This document shows, one piece after another, positions 35,342 through 45,956 of a stretch of DNA of 64,000 bases; positions within the stretch are counted from its first letter, which is position 1; every line of letters begins with the position of its first letter. The notes under the pieces were generated by a model, which was given only the letters and a program-made list of their open reading frames with translations, had not been told where the DNA came from and made no database searches. Both the position numbers and the translations under genes were made by a program. This DNA comes from a virus (lineage: Duplodnaviria > Heunggongvirae > Uroviricota > Caudoviricetes), in IMG/VR virus record IMGVR_UViG_3300045963_000153, positions 1 through 64,000 of that record; one strand, 5' to 3'.

Positions 35342-35600
35342 CATGTACACCAGTGATGAAACTCTATTGAAAGTATTTGATGCCTCGCAGGATGATGAGT
35401 ATGTACAGAAGTTATTAAGAGAATGGAATGAAGAGACTGATTGGGGTCAAAAAGATATGTTGATGAGTAAATTAGTCAACTATGTAGATTCATTGTCCAA
35501 TATGCCCTCAAATCTTCCATAAATGCCATTTAACGGCATTTGTTTAAAATGATACAGAGTATGCCTCGCGGGGTAACAACACAAATTTGGAGTATATACA

Positions 35601-36011
35601 GTGATTACATTAAGAGATTTTTTAACAGCTTCAGGAAAATATCCAGATAGAGAAAGTTCGGAGGAACTCACCGAAGAACTGCTGGGGAATGCCAGCATAC
35701 TATTGGATAAAGTAAATAAGTTTTTGCAGGATATAGAAATACAGGGCGGGACGCTAAAGGTTAGCAGTGGGTTTAGACCTGCGGCAGTGAACGCTGCTAT
35801 CCCGAATGCTGCAAAAAAGAGTAACCATATGATATGTAAGGCTATTGATCTAGAAGACCATGACGGTTCTTTGGATGCTTTAGTAGCTAAACATCCAGAT
35901 TTATTGAGAAAATATGAATTGTTTCAAGAAGATCCTGAGAGCACCAAGGGATGGTGTCATCTTGACTTTGGAACTAGGGGAGATAGACCTAGTAGGCAAT
36001 TTAAGGTCTAA
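35601..36011 (+). CDS. peptidase M15 family endolysin (L-alanyl-D-glutamate peptidase, T5 Lys-like)
   Basis: SGFRPAAVNAAIPNAAKKSNHMICKAIDLEDHDG ... GWCHLD parallels T5 Lys GIRTVAQSAQNIANGTSFLKDPSKSKHITGDAIDF...GGHVEL (the H..G.AID...H.D zinc ligands). 136 aa. GTG start with a GGAG RBS. Confidence 0.6.
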   Translation: MITLRDFLTASGKYPDRESSEELTEELLGNASILLDKVNKFLQDIEIQGGTLKVSSGFRPAAVNAAIPNAAKKSNHMICKAIDLEDHDGSLDALVAKHPDLLRKYELFQEDPESTKGWCHLDFGTRGDRPSRQFKV

Positions 36012-36022
36012 ATAAACGTAAT

Positions 36023-36050
36023 TTTAACAACTAGGTTTGTATATATAAAT
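36023..36050 (+). promoter_or_regulatory. late-promoter-like element TTTTAACAACTAG + TATATATAAAT (copy 2)
   Basis: Upstream of the acidic/holin/terminase block. Confidence 0.45.
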
Positions 36051-36119
36051 ACATCAGACAAAGACTCACCACCGTTCTTACGGTAAAAAATAATACAAGA
36101 GGAGTCAAGTTCTATCAAT

Positions 36120-36449
36120 GTGTTTTTTGTACATAAAATTAGGAGAATCATGCTACGCAATATAATTAATAAAGATAATGCAGTATTAGTAATCTTTTTG
36201 CTTTTTGTAGGAAAGATTGGATTTAATGGAAATGCAGATATTGCTGAAGCTATTATTGCTTTGGGATTGGCAGGAATCTTAGGATTCATGGCTCATATTG
36301 AAAAACATCCTTCAATAAAAGAAATGAAAGAAGTTATCAATAAACAAAATCAAGCTTTAGAATTAATGGCTAAAGAAGTTGATGGTGTTAAATCACATAT
36401 TAGTGGAATGAAACTTCAACAAAATATGAAATCTTTTAGTTCAAAATAA
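36120..36449 (+). CDS. membrane protein (holin candidate)
   Basis: Two or three TM helices (VLVIFLLFVGKIGF / AIIALGLAGILGFMA), immediately downstream of the endolysin. Confidence 0.35.
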   Translation: MFFVHKIRRIMLRNIINKDNAVLVIFLLFVGKIGFNGNADIAEAIIALGLAGILGFMAHIEKHPSIKEMKEVINKQNQALELMAKEVDGVKSHISGMKLQQNMKSFSSK

Positions 36450-36452
36450 TTT

Positions 36453-36848
36453 ATGGATATTAAAGAATTAGAAACAAATTTCTTTGAATTGCAAAAAGCA
36501 AATGATGATCAATTTAAAAGTATTATTGATCTCAAAAAGAAATTAAAACTTTTAGAAGAAGAAAACAAATCTTTAAAAAATAATTCTTTAACTATGCAAC
36601 CTTTGAGTACTGATCTTGGGATTAGTAACGAAGAAATTATTTGTAGAACTCAAATTGCAATTCTTAAAACTAGAGCATTACAACAAGAATTAACATTTGA
36701 AGAATCTAAAAAATTACAAATTTATGTAGATGTATTAGATATACTATCAAGTAAAGAAAAAACAGAAGATGAATCTGTTAAATTTGAAAAATTATCTAAT
36801 GATGAATTACTACAGGTTTTAAATGGAACAATCGAAACAGAACAATAA
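36453..36848 (+). CDS. coiled-coil protein
   Basis: 131 aa, heptad-rich. Overlaps the terminase start. Confidence 0.3.
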   Translation: MDIKELETNFFELQKANDDQFKSIIDLKKKLKLLEEENKSLKNNSLTMQPLSTDLGISNEEIICRTQIAILKTRALQQELTFEESKKLQIYVDVLDILSSKEKTEDESVKFEKLSNDELLQVLNGTIETEQ

Positions 36849-38307
36849 ACTAAACCCAAAGTTAGCAAAAGAAATTGCTTGGCGTAGGGGAATGTTAAGT
36901 TGGTTATTAGATAAAAGTCAACAAGACCTTTATCAATTGTTTCATAATAATGATAAAAGAATTCATACATGGTTACTTGCACGACGTTCTGGGAAAACAC
37001 ACTCACTAGCAGTACTTTCCATTGAATATTGCATTAAACATAAGAATAGCATTATTAAATTTGTTGCACCTACCAAGATGCAAGTGGAACGTTTTATTAG
37101 ACCACTTATCAGACAAATTTTAGAAACTTGTCCCGAAGACCTAAAGCCTGAATTCAGAGTAAAAGATAGTACATACTTTTTCCCCAACGGCTCTGAATTA
37201 CAACTTTGTGGTGCAGAGGGTGGTAACATCGAATCAATCCGTGGAGGCTTTGCCCATATTGCAATTATTGATGAGGCACAGGACGTATCGGATTTGAGCT
37301 ATTCAGTTAATAGCGTTTTGTTACCAACAACGCTCACTACGGGTGGTAAAATCCTGTTATCAGGAACCCCACCTAAAGACATGGATGGAGAATTTATTGA
37401 CTTTGTTGAGATGTGTGAAGCACAAGGCACATTGATTAGGAAGACAATCTATGAAAATCCAAGACTTACTCCTAAAGATATTCAAGATCTAAAAGATGCA
37501 ATGGGTGGAGAACAGTCTGAAAGTTTTCAACGTGAGTGTTTAGTAAAAATTATTAAAGATAGTAGCCGAAGCGTTATCCCAGAATTTGATGAAGAAAAGA
37601 TTAAAACAATTGTTCGTGAAGTAAAACGTCCACCATTTTTTGATGCGTATGTTGGTATGGATTTTGGATATAAAGATTTAACTGCAGTATTATTTGGTTA
37701 TTATGATTTTCAAAACCATGCTGTGGTATTTGAAGATGAAATAACTATTAATGGCGATAAACTTTATTTAGAAAAATTAGGATATGATATTCTAAGTAAA
37801 GAAAGACAACTTTGGACTAATGAATTTAGTGGTGAGATTCAAAAACCAAAGAAAAGGGTTGCAGATAATAATTTAATTGCAATTAATGAGATTAGACGAT
37901 CTACAAAATATCAATGTTTATTTGATCCTGTAGATAAAACAATGAAACACGCAGCATTAAACTTGGTGCGAAGTCTTATTAATAATAATCAAATCATTAT
38001 TCATCCACGTTGTACTACATTAATTCAACATTTAAAGAATGCAAGATGGGCTTCTACAACAAATAAAGATACGTTTGCCAGATCTTTAGAAAATCATCAC
38101 TACGATTTAGTAGATTGTTGTGCGTACATTGTAAAGTCTATAGATTTTTCTCGAAATCCATTCCCAAAAAATTATGGAAGTGATGTTAATCCAGATGATA
38201 TTTTTGATTTAAAAAGAGAAAAAGAAGAGTTTAAAATAAAAACTATGAATAAATCTGATAACGATATTTATAGAAAATTATTAAATATTAGAAAAGGTAA
38301 CAAGTAA
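36823..38307 (+). CDS. terL: terminase large subunit
   Basis: Walker A LLARRSGKTHS. The ATPase segment IAIIDEAQDV contains the Walker B acidic residues. The C-terminal RNaseH-like nuclease has conserved acidic residues. It lies directly upstream of the portal. Confidence 0.85.
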   Translation: MEQSKQNNKLNPKLAKEIAWRRGMLSWLLDKSQQDLYQLFHNNDKRIHTWLLARRSGKTHSLAVLSIEYCIKHKNSIIKFVAPTKMQVERFIRPLIRQILETCPEDLKPEFRVKDSTYFFPNGSELQLCGAEGGNIESIRGGFAHIAIIDEAQDVSDLSYSVNSVLLPTTLTTGGKILLSGTPPKDMDGEFIDFVEMCEAQGTLIRKTIYENPRLTPKDIQDLKDAMGGEQSESFQRECLVKIIKDSSRSVIPEFDEEKIKTIVREVKRPPFFDAYVGMDFGYKDLTAVLFGYYDFQNHAVVFEDEITINGDKLYLEKLGYDILSKERQLWTNEFSGEIQKPKKRVADNNLIAINEIRRSTKYQCLFDPVDKTMKHAALNLVRSLINNNQIIIHPRCTTLIQHLKNARWASTTNKDTFARSLENHHYDLVDCCAYIVKSIDFSRNPFPKNYGSDVNPDDIFDLKREKEEFKIKTMNKSDNDIYRKLLNIRKGNK

Positions 38308-38309
38308 TT

Positions 38310-40451
38310 ATGATGCAACCAGATCCAAATAATGACAAAAGTAATTTAGATACATACTTTGCAGCCGAGAGTCCAGAAAAATTAGCGTCCACTTGTTTAT
38401 CAAAATCTTCAAGTTTTTATCAAACATTAAATGTAAACTATTATTTAGATACTTTAATTCAAATGTGGTTATATTACCACGGTCAGTATAATGCAAGTAT
38501 TGCTGGTGATAGTCATCGTATTTCTTTTACTGGAGAAGAAGGTGAATTAGTTGGATTAGCAGTAAACCATTTTAGAAATATTGGACAACATATGTTAAAT
38601 ATGATTACTGCCAATCGTCCTACGATGGAAGCTCGTGCAATTAATACAGATTATAAATCATTATCTCAAACTTATCTCGCTAATGGTATCTTAGACTATT
38701 ACATGAGAGAAAAGAAACTTGAAGATGTTATTCGTCGTGCAACAGAAATGGCGATTGTTCTTGGAACTGGATTTGTTCGTTTAGAATGGAATGCTACTGC
38801 TGGTAATTTATACGATTTTGATCCAGAAACTGGAGAAAAAAATTATGAGGGTGAGCTTGAATTTAGTAATCTATCTCCTTTTGATGTTGTGTTTGATGGT
38901 ACTAAAGAAACTTGGAATCATGAATGGGTAATTGTTCGTTCATTCCAAAATAAATTTAATTTAATGGCAAAATATCCAGAACTTGCTGAACGTATTTCTC
39001 AAATGCGTACAAAAAATGATGGATCTACATACCGTCTTTCAGTATTTTCTAATGATAGTACTGATGATATTCCTGTATATGAATTTTTTCATGATCGTAC
39101 AGAAGCACTTCCAGATGGACGTTATCTTCTTTATTTAGATGATGATCTTATTCTTTTAGATCTTCCACTTCCATATCGTCAAATCCCAATTTTCCGTGTT
39201 AGTGCTGGTGAATATATGGGAACTAGTTATGGTTATAGCCCAATGTTTGATTTATTCCCACTCCAAGAAGGTGCAAACTCTCTTTATAGTGCGATTATGA
39301 CAAACCAATCTGCATTTGCAGTACAAAACATTTTCATTCAAAATGATAGTGATTTGGACATTAATAGTTTAGAAGGAGCATTGAACATTCTTCGTGGTAA
39401 TTCTAAACCGGAAGTTCTTCAATTAACTGGTTCATCTCCCGAGACATTTAAATTCTTAGAAATGTTAGTACAAGCAATGGAAACTATTTCTGGAATTAAT
39501 TCTGTTACTCGTGGTAATCCAGAAGCTTCACTTAAATCTGGTACTGCATTAGCACTAGTTCAATCAATGTCTTTACAATTTATTTCTGGTCTTCAAAATA
39601 GTTATGTTCGACTTATTGAAGATATTGGAACAGGTCTTATTAATATTCTTAAAGACTATTCTAAAACACCAAAAACAATTGCTCTAGTTGGAAAAAATCA
39701 ACGTCCATTACTTAAAGAATTTACTGCAGACGATATCGGTGCAATTAATCGAGTTATTGTTACTGTTGGTAATCCACTTGCTCGTACTACTGCAGGTCGT
39801 GTTCAAATGGCAGAACAAATGCTTCAAATGGGTCTTATTAAAAATCCAAATGAATACTTTCAAGTCATTAACACTGGTTCTATTGACACCATGTATGAAG
39901 GTGAAATGAATGGTGTTCTTCTTATTAAAAAAGAAAATGAATATTTAATGGAAGGTAGACAAGTAAAAGCCAATCTATTAGATGCTCACAGAGCACATAT
40001 TATTGAGCATAGAAATGTTATTTCAGATCCAGATCTTCGTGATGATGAAGTTTTAGTTCAAAACGTAGAAGCACATATTCAACAACATATTAATTATTTG
40101 CGTACTGCAGATATTGATTTATTACAATTAATTCAAGAACAACCACTTAATAGTCCAGTTCCACCACCTGATGCGCCGCTTCTAGAACGTGCTCCTCCCC
40201 CTCCTCCAATGCCTATGCTACCACAAGGGCCAATGGGCGGCCCTCCTCCTAATGGAATGCCTCAAATGGGTGGTCCTCCCCCAAATATGTCGGCAATGAT
40301 GACTCCTCCTAGCGAAATGCCACTTCCTCCAAATCAATTAATTAAAGGACAGGGTAACGCAGGTGGTCAACCAGAGCCTCAACCAGCAAAACCACCTAAA
40401 CCTTTTCAACATAATCCAGTAAATGCTCACGATTTGTTACCTCAAAGCTAA
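38310..40451 (+). CDS. portal protein with Pro/Gly-rich low-complexity C-terminus
   Basis: 713 aa, immediately after terL. C-terminal PPPPPMPMLPQGPMGGPPPNGMPQMGGPPPN. Confidence 0.55.
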   Translation: MMQPDPNNDKSNLDTYFAAESPEKLASTCLSKSSSFYQTLNVNYYLDTLIQMWLYYHGQYNASIAGDSHRISFTGEEGELVGLAVNHFRNIGQHMLNMITANRPTMEARAINTDYKSLSQTYLANGILDYYMREKKLEDVIRRATEMAIVLGTGFVRLEWNATAGNLYDFDPETGEKNYEGELEFSNLSPFDVVFDGTKETWNHEWVIVRSFQNKFNLMAKYPELAERISQMRTKNDGSTYRLSVFSNDSTDDIPVYEFFHDRTEALPDGRYLLYLDDDLILLDLPLPYRQIPIFRVSAGEYMGTSYGYSPMFDLFPLQEGANSLYSAIMTNQSAFAVQNIFIQNDSDLDINSLEGALNILRGNSKPEVLQLTGSSPETFKFLEMLVQAMETISGINSVTRGNPEASLKSGTALALVQSMSLQFISGLQNSYVRLIEDIGTGLINILKDYSKTPKTIALVGKNQRPLLKEFTADDIGAINRVIVTVGNPLARTTAGRVQMAEQMLQMGLIKNPNEYFQVINTGSIDTMYEGEMNGVLLIKKENEYLMEGRQVKANLLDAHRAHIIEHRNVISDPDLRDDEVLVQNVEAHIQQHINYLRTADIDLLQLIQEQPLNSPVPPPDAPLLERAPPPPPMPMLPQGPMGGPPPNGMPQMGGPPPNMSAMMTPPSEMPLPPNQLIKGQGNAGGQPEPQPAKPPKPFQHNPVNAHDLLPQS

Positions 40452-40488
40452 CATTTTGCATTTATTGATTATTTTGATATTTAATCAA

Positions 40489-40512
40489 TTTTAACAACTA
40501 CAGGTATAAATT
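40489..40512 (+). promoter_or_regulatory. late-promoter-like element TTTTAACAACTA + TATAAATT (copy 3)
   Basis: Immediately upstream of 40513. Confidence 0.45.
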
Positions 40513-40875
40513 ATGAGCGATTTCGTTGTCCATAGACAAAATAATAAGGTTTTTATTGATGTAGGGTTAACTGATAATCCTATTTCTTCCCCTCTTAATA
40601 TTAATAGTTTTTCTTTATATGCATTTCAAATTTGGTGGGAAGATTATGTTGCTGGTACAGCAGATAAAATTATTATTGAAGCAACAAATGATATTTCCGA
40701 TAAAGCTGATTCATCAAAAGTTTATACTCAAGTTACTGCTTTTGCTCCAGTAGGAACTACTGGGTCTGTTCTTCTTAATGTTGAAAAAGCAGCATATGCA
40801 ATTTTAAGATTTAGATTAGTTACAGATACTGGAACTGGTACTTTTAATGCAATTTTAAATGGTAAAATAATGTAA
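40513..40875 (+). CDS. virion structural protein (small)
   Basis: 120 aa, in the structural operon, preceded by a late-promoter motif. Confidence 0.35.
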   Translation: MSDFVVHRQNNKVFIDVGLTDNPISSPLNINSFSLYAFQIWWEDYVAGTADKIIIEATNDISDKADSSKVYTQVTAFAPVGTTGSVLLNVEKAAYAILRFRLVTDTGTGTFNAILNGKIM

Positions 40876-41837
40876 TGGATATTTTTCGCAATATACGAGA
40901 AGATGGAGTTGTCCTTGTTCTAAATGCTGCGGAAAGAAATTTACTTTTTCCTAGTGATGGAACTCTCGTAGAACAATTAGATGATAATAGTCTTTGGGCT
41001 TGGAATGCATCTTCACAAACTTGGGTTGCTATTAATGGTGGCGGTGGGGGTGGGACATATACTGGTGCCTCTCCAACAACTATTACTGTTGGTGGTTTAC
41101 CAGCAGGTTCTGGTATTTCTGGACAAACATACACACAAATTTTTCAATCTATTTTAGTTCCGTATGTAAGTCCAACATTTTCAAGTTTTAATATTTCAGG
41201 GCAAACAAATCCAATTGAAGTAGGAACAACAATTTCTGGTGTTCAATCTTTTGTATTTGGATTTACTAATATTGGTAACGTACAAGCAAATACATTAACT
41301 ATTAGAGATATAACTGCAGCAACAAACTTAGTAACTGGTGCTCCAATTACTTCTCCACAATCTGCTAACGTTGGGTCAATTTTAAATAATTCTCCAGCTA
41401 CCCATTCATGGCAAGGAATCGCAACAAATACAAATTCTGTAGTATTTAATAGTGCTTCATATACGGTTAGTTGGTTATTTAGAAGATTTTCTGGAACTAG
41501 TACAAATACGACATTAACTGGTGCTCAAGTTTTGGCATTAGCAAATAGTCAATTAAATGCAAATATTTTACAAACAACAACATTTGCTCCCGGTGGTTAT
41601 AAATATTTTGTTTGGTCGGATACATTTGCACCACCTACAGCTTCTACAGGATTTAAAGACACATCAAATAACCTTCCAGTATCTATGGCCGGATCAGCAG
41701 AAGGATTTACATCTGTAGATGCCAATGGATGGCATTATACAACAATCTCAATTACAAGTAATGGTGTTACATATCCATGTAAAATGTATAGAACACTAAA
41801 TCAACTTGGTTCAACAGTTACGGTACAGGTGAGTTAA
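40875..41837 (+). CDS. fibre or structural protein (poly-Gly hinge NGGGGGGTYTG)
   Basis: Ser/Thr/Asn-rich beta protein with an ATGG overlap with the upstream gene. Confidence 0.4.
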   Translation: MDIFRNIREDGVVLVLNAAERNLLFPSDGTLVEQLDDNSLWAWNASSQTWVAINGGGGGGTYTGASPTTITVGGLPAGSGISGQTYTQIFQSILVPYVSPTFSSFNISGQTNPIEVGTTISGVQSFVFGFTNIGNVQANTLTIRDITAATNLVTGAPITSPQSANVGSILNNSPATHSWQGIATNTNSVVFNSASYTVSWLFRRFSGTSTNTTLTGAQVLALANSQLNANILQTTTFAPGGYKYFVWSDTFAPPTASTGFKDTSNNLPVSMAGSAEGFTSVDANGWHYTTISITSNGVTYPCKMYRTLNQLGSTVTVQVS

Positions 41838-41838
41838 T

Positions 41839-44800
41839 ATGGCATATCCTACAGGAAGTATCCCATTTACGGGTATAGTTGGAACAACAAATATTTCTGA
41901 TACATACCCAGTTACTACTGACGAATTAAATCTTGGTGGTCATCGGGCTGTTGCAGATAATACAGCTCGTGATGCAATTACTACTGATCGTCGTCGTTTT
42001 GGTATGCTTGTTACCACACAAGATCAAAATCCACCAGTAACATATATTCTTTGTGATATTACAATGGGTGGAACATCAAATACTCTTTCTGATAATACTA
42101 ACTGGATTCCATTGCCTACAGGATCTTCATTATCATTAACAACAACTGGTTCTGGGGCTGCTACCTATGTTAGTGGTATATTAAATATTCCAACAATGCT
42201 TCTTGAATCAAATCTTGATGCTTATTACGGCGATCGTTTAATTCCTGCAAATACTGCTTTAAATGGTTACAAGATTGCAAAATCAATCAACGGAGCAGTT
42301 GGCTATCACGCCGAAAACTCGGATGATTCTGGTAATGGTGCAATTGCAAGTTTTGTTGCAAAGGGTTCAGGAACTCTTTACCAAAACGGAATTTCGATGA
42401 GCTATTTTAATAATAGTTATTTTATTCCATACCTTCGTGGATCAGGCGCACTTTATGCAAACAAAGATTTTTATCAAGTTGGTTTAACTAAAATTGATTT
42501 CAGAACAGGAACAACATTAGTAAACGCGACAACAAAATTTCTAATTGCAAATGATGGAACTTTGACCGCACCAGCCTTTACTATTCCAATGATCAACACG
42601 GCTGGAAACCCCGCCTTAATTACTCTTGAGTATTTGAATGATGCGCTTGCATCGCTTCCAGTTCTTCACACACTTCTTTATCCGAATAGCACCATCGCAT
42701 TTGATGCCTCAACAAACGAACAAGCGGCAATGCAATATTTGACTGGGTATGGTCAATTAAAGTTTGATGGTGTAGGATCTTTATTCCTTCAAACAGATAC
42801 TTCAAATACTTCGGTTTTCAATCAATTTATAATTAAAGACAAATCTGATACGGGCGTTGGCACAAACTCTGCGGGCGTTGGGATTGGGCAAAGAAATATT
42901 GTTTTTGGTGTAACTGATAACGCTCTTGGTTCTTACATTGGAAGTGCATCAAGTAACAATCTAGTGTTTGGTGATGTGTCGGGTGGTTCTCAAATTGTAA
43001 GTTACTCTGACAACTCAATTACTTTTGGTTTAGCTCAAACTGGAAGCCAAATTACAAACTATGGAATGGGTCTTGCTTTTGGTATAGCAATTAATGGCTC
43101 TGGAATTACCAATTATGGAGTCGGTGGTTATGCTGCAGGATATGTTGGAATTGCTGCAACTTCTAGTTCTGGAATTTTTAACGGTGGTGCAGGTGGTTTT
43201 GCTTCTGGTTTAGTTATTGACGGCGGAAACTACATTGGTTCAAACAGTGACGGAACTTTTGCATTTGGTATTGTTCGGGGATCTGGCGGTTCTAATAGTA
43301 TTCAATCAAACAATGGCGGATCGTTTGCAATGGGCTACATCAGTAGCATGACCGCTTCAAATTCTCAGATTCTTTCTAATGGTCAAGCTTCGCATACATT
43401 CGGGTATATCTCGGCAGATTCATCGGTTATTAAATCCGATGGATATGGTGCTTTAACTTTTGGAACAATTGTTGGTGATTCATCAAATATTTGGGGTATT
43501 GGTCAAGCTTCTCTTGCGAGAGGATACGTTGAAGGCAATACAGCTTTGATTTATGCGGGCGGTGTTGGTTCGGAAGCTTCTGGTTATATTGCAAATTCAA
43601 ATGGATCAATTAGTGCAAATGCAAATGCTTCTTATGCAAGTGGTGTATCTCTAAATGGCGGTCAATTTATTGCTGACTTTGCTGGTTCAAGGGTTTGGGG
43701 TGTTGCTGATGGGGCAAGCTCTAGCATTAAAACTGCAACCGATGGTCGCGCTGCAATGGCAAACGGATACGCTGAAAACGGCGGTACAATTTTAGCGCAA
43801 AATATTTCATCTCATGGCGAAGGTTACGTTAACGGAGCAGGTACAATTTCTGGTTCTGGAGTAGCTTCATGGGCGCGTGGTTGGGTTGAGGGCGCAGGTG
43901 GAGTAAGTGCAGGTGACATTGGATTGGCTTTTGGTCACACTACCGATGGGTATATCTCTTCTTCACACGTTGGGGTTGCATGGGGTTGGGTTGATGTTGG
44001 TTCAATCAATTCTAATCAAGGCGGATTGGCTTACGGAAATATTTCTGGCGCAGGTGATATTACAAACAGGGGTAATTGCAGTACCGTATGGGGTAACTCT
44101 CTCAACGGCGGTCAAATTTATGCTTCAGGATTTTACGACCTTGGTTCAGAATCTCCTATTGGTGGTGGAAATTTAGCTTTTGGTGATGTTGATGGCGGAG
44201 ACATTTGGAGTTACTTCTCAAGAGGTTCTTTGACTTATGGTTCTGCACAAGGTCATGGAGTAATTCAAAATGGTTATGATGATTTTGCAGGAACAGCTTA
44301 TCAATCTTCTGGTTCTTTTGTTGGTGGTTTTGCAAACAATAGTTCATTGATTTACGCATTCAACAATGGGATGGATATTTTTTCAGCATTTATTCATGGC
44401 TATGCAGACAATACAAGCACAATTTCTGTATCAAATAGCGGTGGTAAAATTTTTGGTATGGCAAATGATTCGAGCGATATTTCAGTTCGTTCACTTGCAG
44501 GTTTTATTACTGGTATTGCAGATAGTGGTTCAACAATTAGAGTTGGTTCTGGTAACGGCGGTTTTGCAGGTGGTTACGCAACCTTTGCATCAAATTATGA
44601 TTCTTCTGGTTTAGGAATTACAACGCTTGGGGATGGCGCATTTTCTTACGGATATGTAAGTTCTGGTAGAATTTCTTCAAGTTATCAAGGTTCTTTTGCG
44701 ATGGGTAGCGCAGAAAGCGGAGGAATTATCGCAAGCTCAGGTAAAGGAAGCCTTGCGATGGGTAGTGCAACCGACGCTTCTTACATTCAAGCTTCTGGTA

Positions 44801-45723
44801 ACGGATCGCTTGCAATGGGTGACAATGCTCTTGGCGGAGTTTATGTTTTTGGTAACGGTTCAATTTCAGTAGGAACTGGAAACTATATCGGTTCTGCTTA
44901 TAGTTCTGGATTTGGTAATTTAATTTCAACTTATGATTTTAATGCTCATGGAATTGGTTCAAGCATTACTCTTTCTGGTAACAATTCTTTTGGTATCGGA
45001 TACAATTTAAATTCTTCTTCAAATAGTTCTTGGTTACTTGGTGAAGGGTACACAAATACTCTTTCAGATAATTTATCAATTGGTTTTGGGGCGCAACAAT
45101 TTAGATTCGATGCAAATGGATTTGGTATTCTAACCGACACTACACTTGCAATTCCATTTGCTTTTACAATGGGTAAAACAGCAAATGCGTTTGTTTACTA
45201 TAACACAACCGACCAATCTACAAACTATGAGTATGTAAAACATTTTTGGAACTCAAACGTATATACCACTTCATCAATTCGAGGTGGTACTGGTACGGTT
45301 AGAAGTATGCAGCATGATTTCCAAGTAACTGGAACGACTGCATCAAGCTCACCAGAATTTATTATTAAAGATGGTCACATCACACATAAACAAACAACTG
45401 CGCCGACAACTACTGTTTACGCTGCTGCAGGAACAGGGGCAACTTGTACTGTGGTAGGAACAGACGTTGCTGGTGTTGTTACTTTGACCTCTGGTTCTGG
45501 AAGTTTTTCAACTTTTGGAGTCGCTGACATTAATTTTAATAGGGGTTATGCCAATGGTTGCGTTGTTGTATTTACGCCATCAAATGCAAACGCTGCAGCA
45601 GATATGGCTGCAAAACAAATTTATGCCGCATCGTTTGCGGGTAATTTCACAATTAACTTTGGGGTCGCAATGACTGTGGCAGGAAGAGTGTATCAATTTA
45701 ATTACCATGTAATTGGTAAGTAA
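41839..45723 (+). CDS. large fibre or tailspike-like structural protein (1294 aa) with a long run of degenerate GxxG/SxS beta-repeat units
   Basis: Dozens of about 20-aa repeats of the type G(N/S)xSx(A/F)xG(Y/F)(V/I)xxxS. Confidence 0.5.
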   Translation: MAYPTGSIPFTGIVGTTNISDTYPVTTDELNLGGHRAVADNTARDAITTDRRRFGMLVTTQDQNPPVTYILCDITMGGTSNTLSDNTNWIPLPTGSSLSLTTTGSGAATYVSGILNIPTMLLESNLDAYYGDRLIPANTALNGYKIAKSINGAVGYHAENSDDSGNGAIASFVAKGSGTLYQNGISMSYFNNSYFIPYLRGSGALYANKDFYQVGLTKIDFRTGTTLVNATTKFLIANDGTLTAPAFTIPMINTAGNPALITLEYLNDALASLPVLHTLLYPNSTIAFDASTNEQAAMQYLTGYGQLKFDGVGSLFLQTDTSNTSVFNQFIIKDKSDTGVGTNSAGVGIGQRNIVFGVTDNALGSYIGSASSNNLVFGDVSGGSQIVSYSDNSITFGLAQTGSQITNYGMGLAFGIAINGSGITNYGVGGYAAGYVGIAATSSSGIFNGGAGGFASGLVIDGGNYIGSNSDGTFAFGIVRGSGGSNSIQSNNGGSFAMGYISSMTASNSQILSNGQASHTFGYISADSSVIKSDGYGALTFGTIVGDSSNIWGIGQASLARGYVEGNTALIYAGGVGSEASGYIANSNGSISANANASYASGVSLNGGQFIADFAGSRVWGVADGASSSIKTATDGRAAMANGYAENGGTILAQNISSHGEGYVNGAGTISGSGVASWARGWVEGAGGVSAGDIGLAFGHTTDGYISSSHVGVAWGWVDVGSINSNQGGLAYGNISGAGDITNRGNCSTVWGNSLNGGQIYASGFYDLGSESPIGGGNLAFGDVDGGDIWSYFSRGSLTYGSAQGHGVIQNGYDDFAGTAYQSSGSFVGGFANNSSLIYAFNNGMDIFSAFIHGYADNTSTISVSNSGGKIFGMANDSSDISVRSLAGFITGIADSGSTIRVGSGNGGFAGGYATFASNYDSSGLGITTLGDGAFSYGYVSSGRISSSYQGSFAMGSAESGGIIASSGKGSLAMGSATDASYIQASGNGSLAMGDNALGGVYVFGNGSISVGTGNYIGSAYSSGFGNLISTYDFNAHGIGSSITLSGNNSFGIGYNLNSSSNSSWLLGEGYTNTLSDNLSIGFGAQQFRFDANGFGILTDTTLAIPFAFTMGKTANAFVYYNTTDQSTNYEYVKHFWNSNVYTTSSIRGGTGTVRSMQHDFQVTGTTASSSPEFIIKDGHITHKQTTAPTTTVYAAAGTGATCTVVGTDVAGVVTLTSGSGSFSTFGVADINFNRGYANGCVVVFTPSNANAAADMAAKQIYAASFAGNFTINFGVAMTVAGRVYQFNYHVIGK

Positions 45724-45744
45724 TAACAAACAAGGAGAAATAAA

Positions 45745-45951
45745 ATGTCAGTAACATTAACACAAGCACAAACGGATGAATTAAATATTTTAAAGGCTGC
45801 GGTATTCGATGCGCAAGAAGCATTAATGGCTGCCGATAAAGCACAAATGGAAGCGGTAAAAACATTCCAAACTGCTCGCCAAGCTTTGGTTGCCACAAAA
45901 ACGGCTGCTGATGCTGCGGTTAAAGCAAAAAAACTTGAATTAGGAGTTTAA
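45745..45951 (+). CDS. small Ala-rich helical protein
   Basis: 68 aa. AAGGAGA RBS. Confidence 0.35.
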   Translation: MSVTLTQAQTDELNILKAAVFDAQEALMAADKAQMEAVKTFQTARQALVATKTAADAAVKAKKLELGV

Positions 45952-45956
45952 TTTAA

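Noticed and set aside
35521-35553. Terminator-like hairpin AAATGCC-ATTTAAC-GGCATTT followed by GTTT
   Set aside because: AT-rich stem with a weak U-run. Plausible, but not distinguishable from chance in a 30% GC genome.
41839-45723. Collagen-like tail fibre
   Set aside because: Gly-rich, but there are no G-X-Y triplet runs. The repeats are beta-strand-type GxxG/SxS units.
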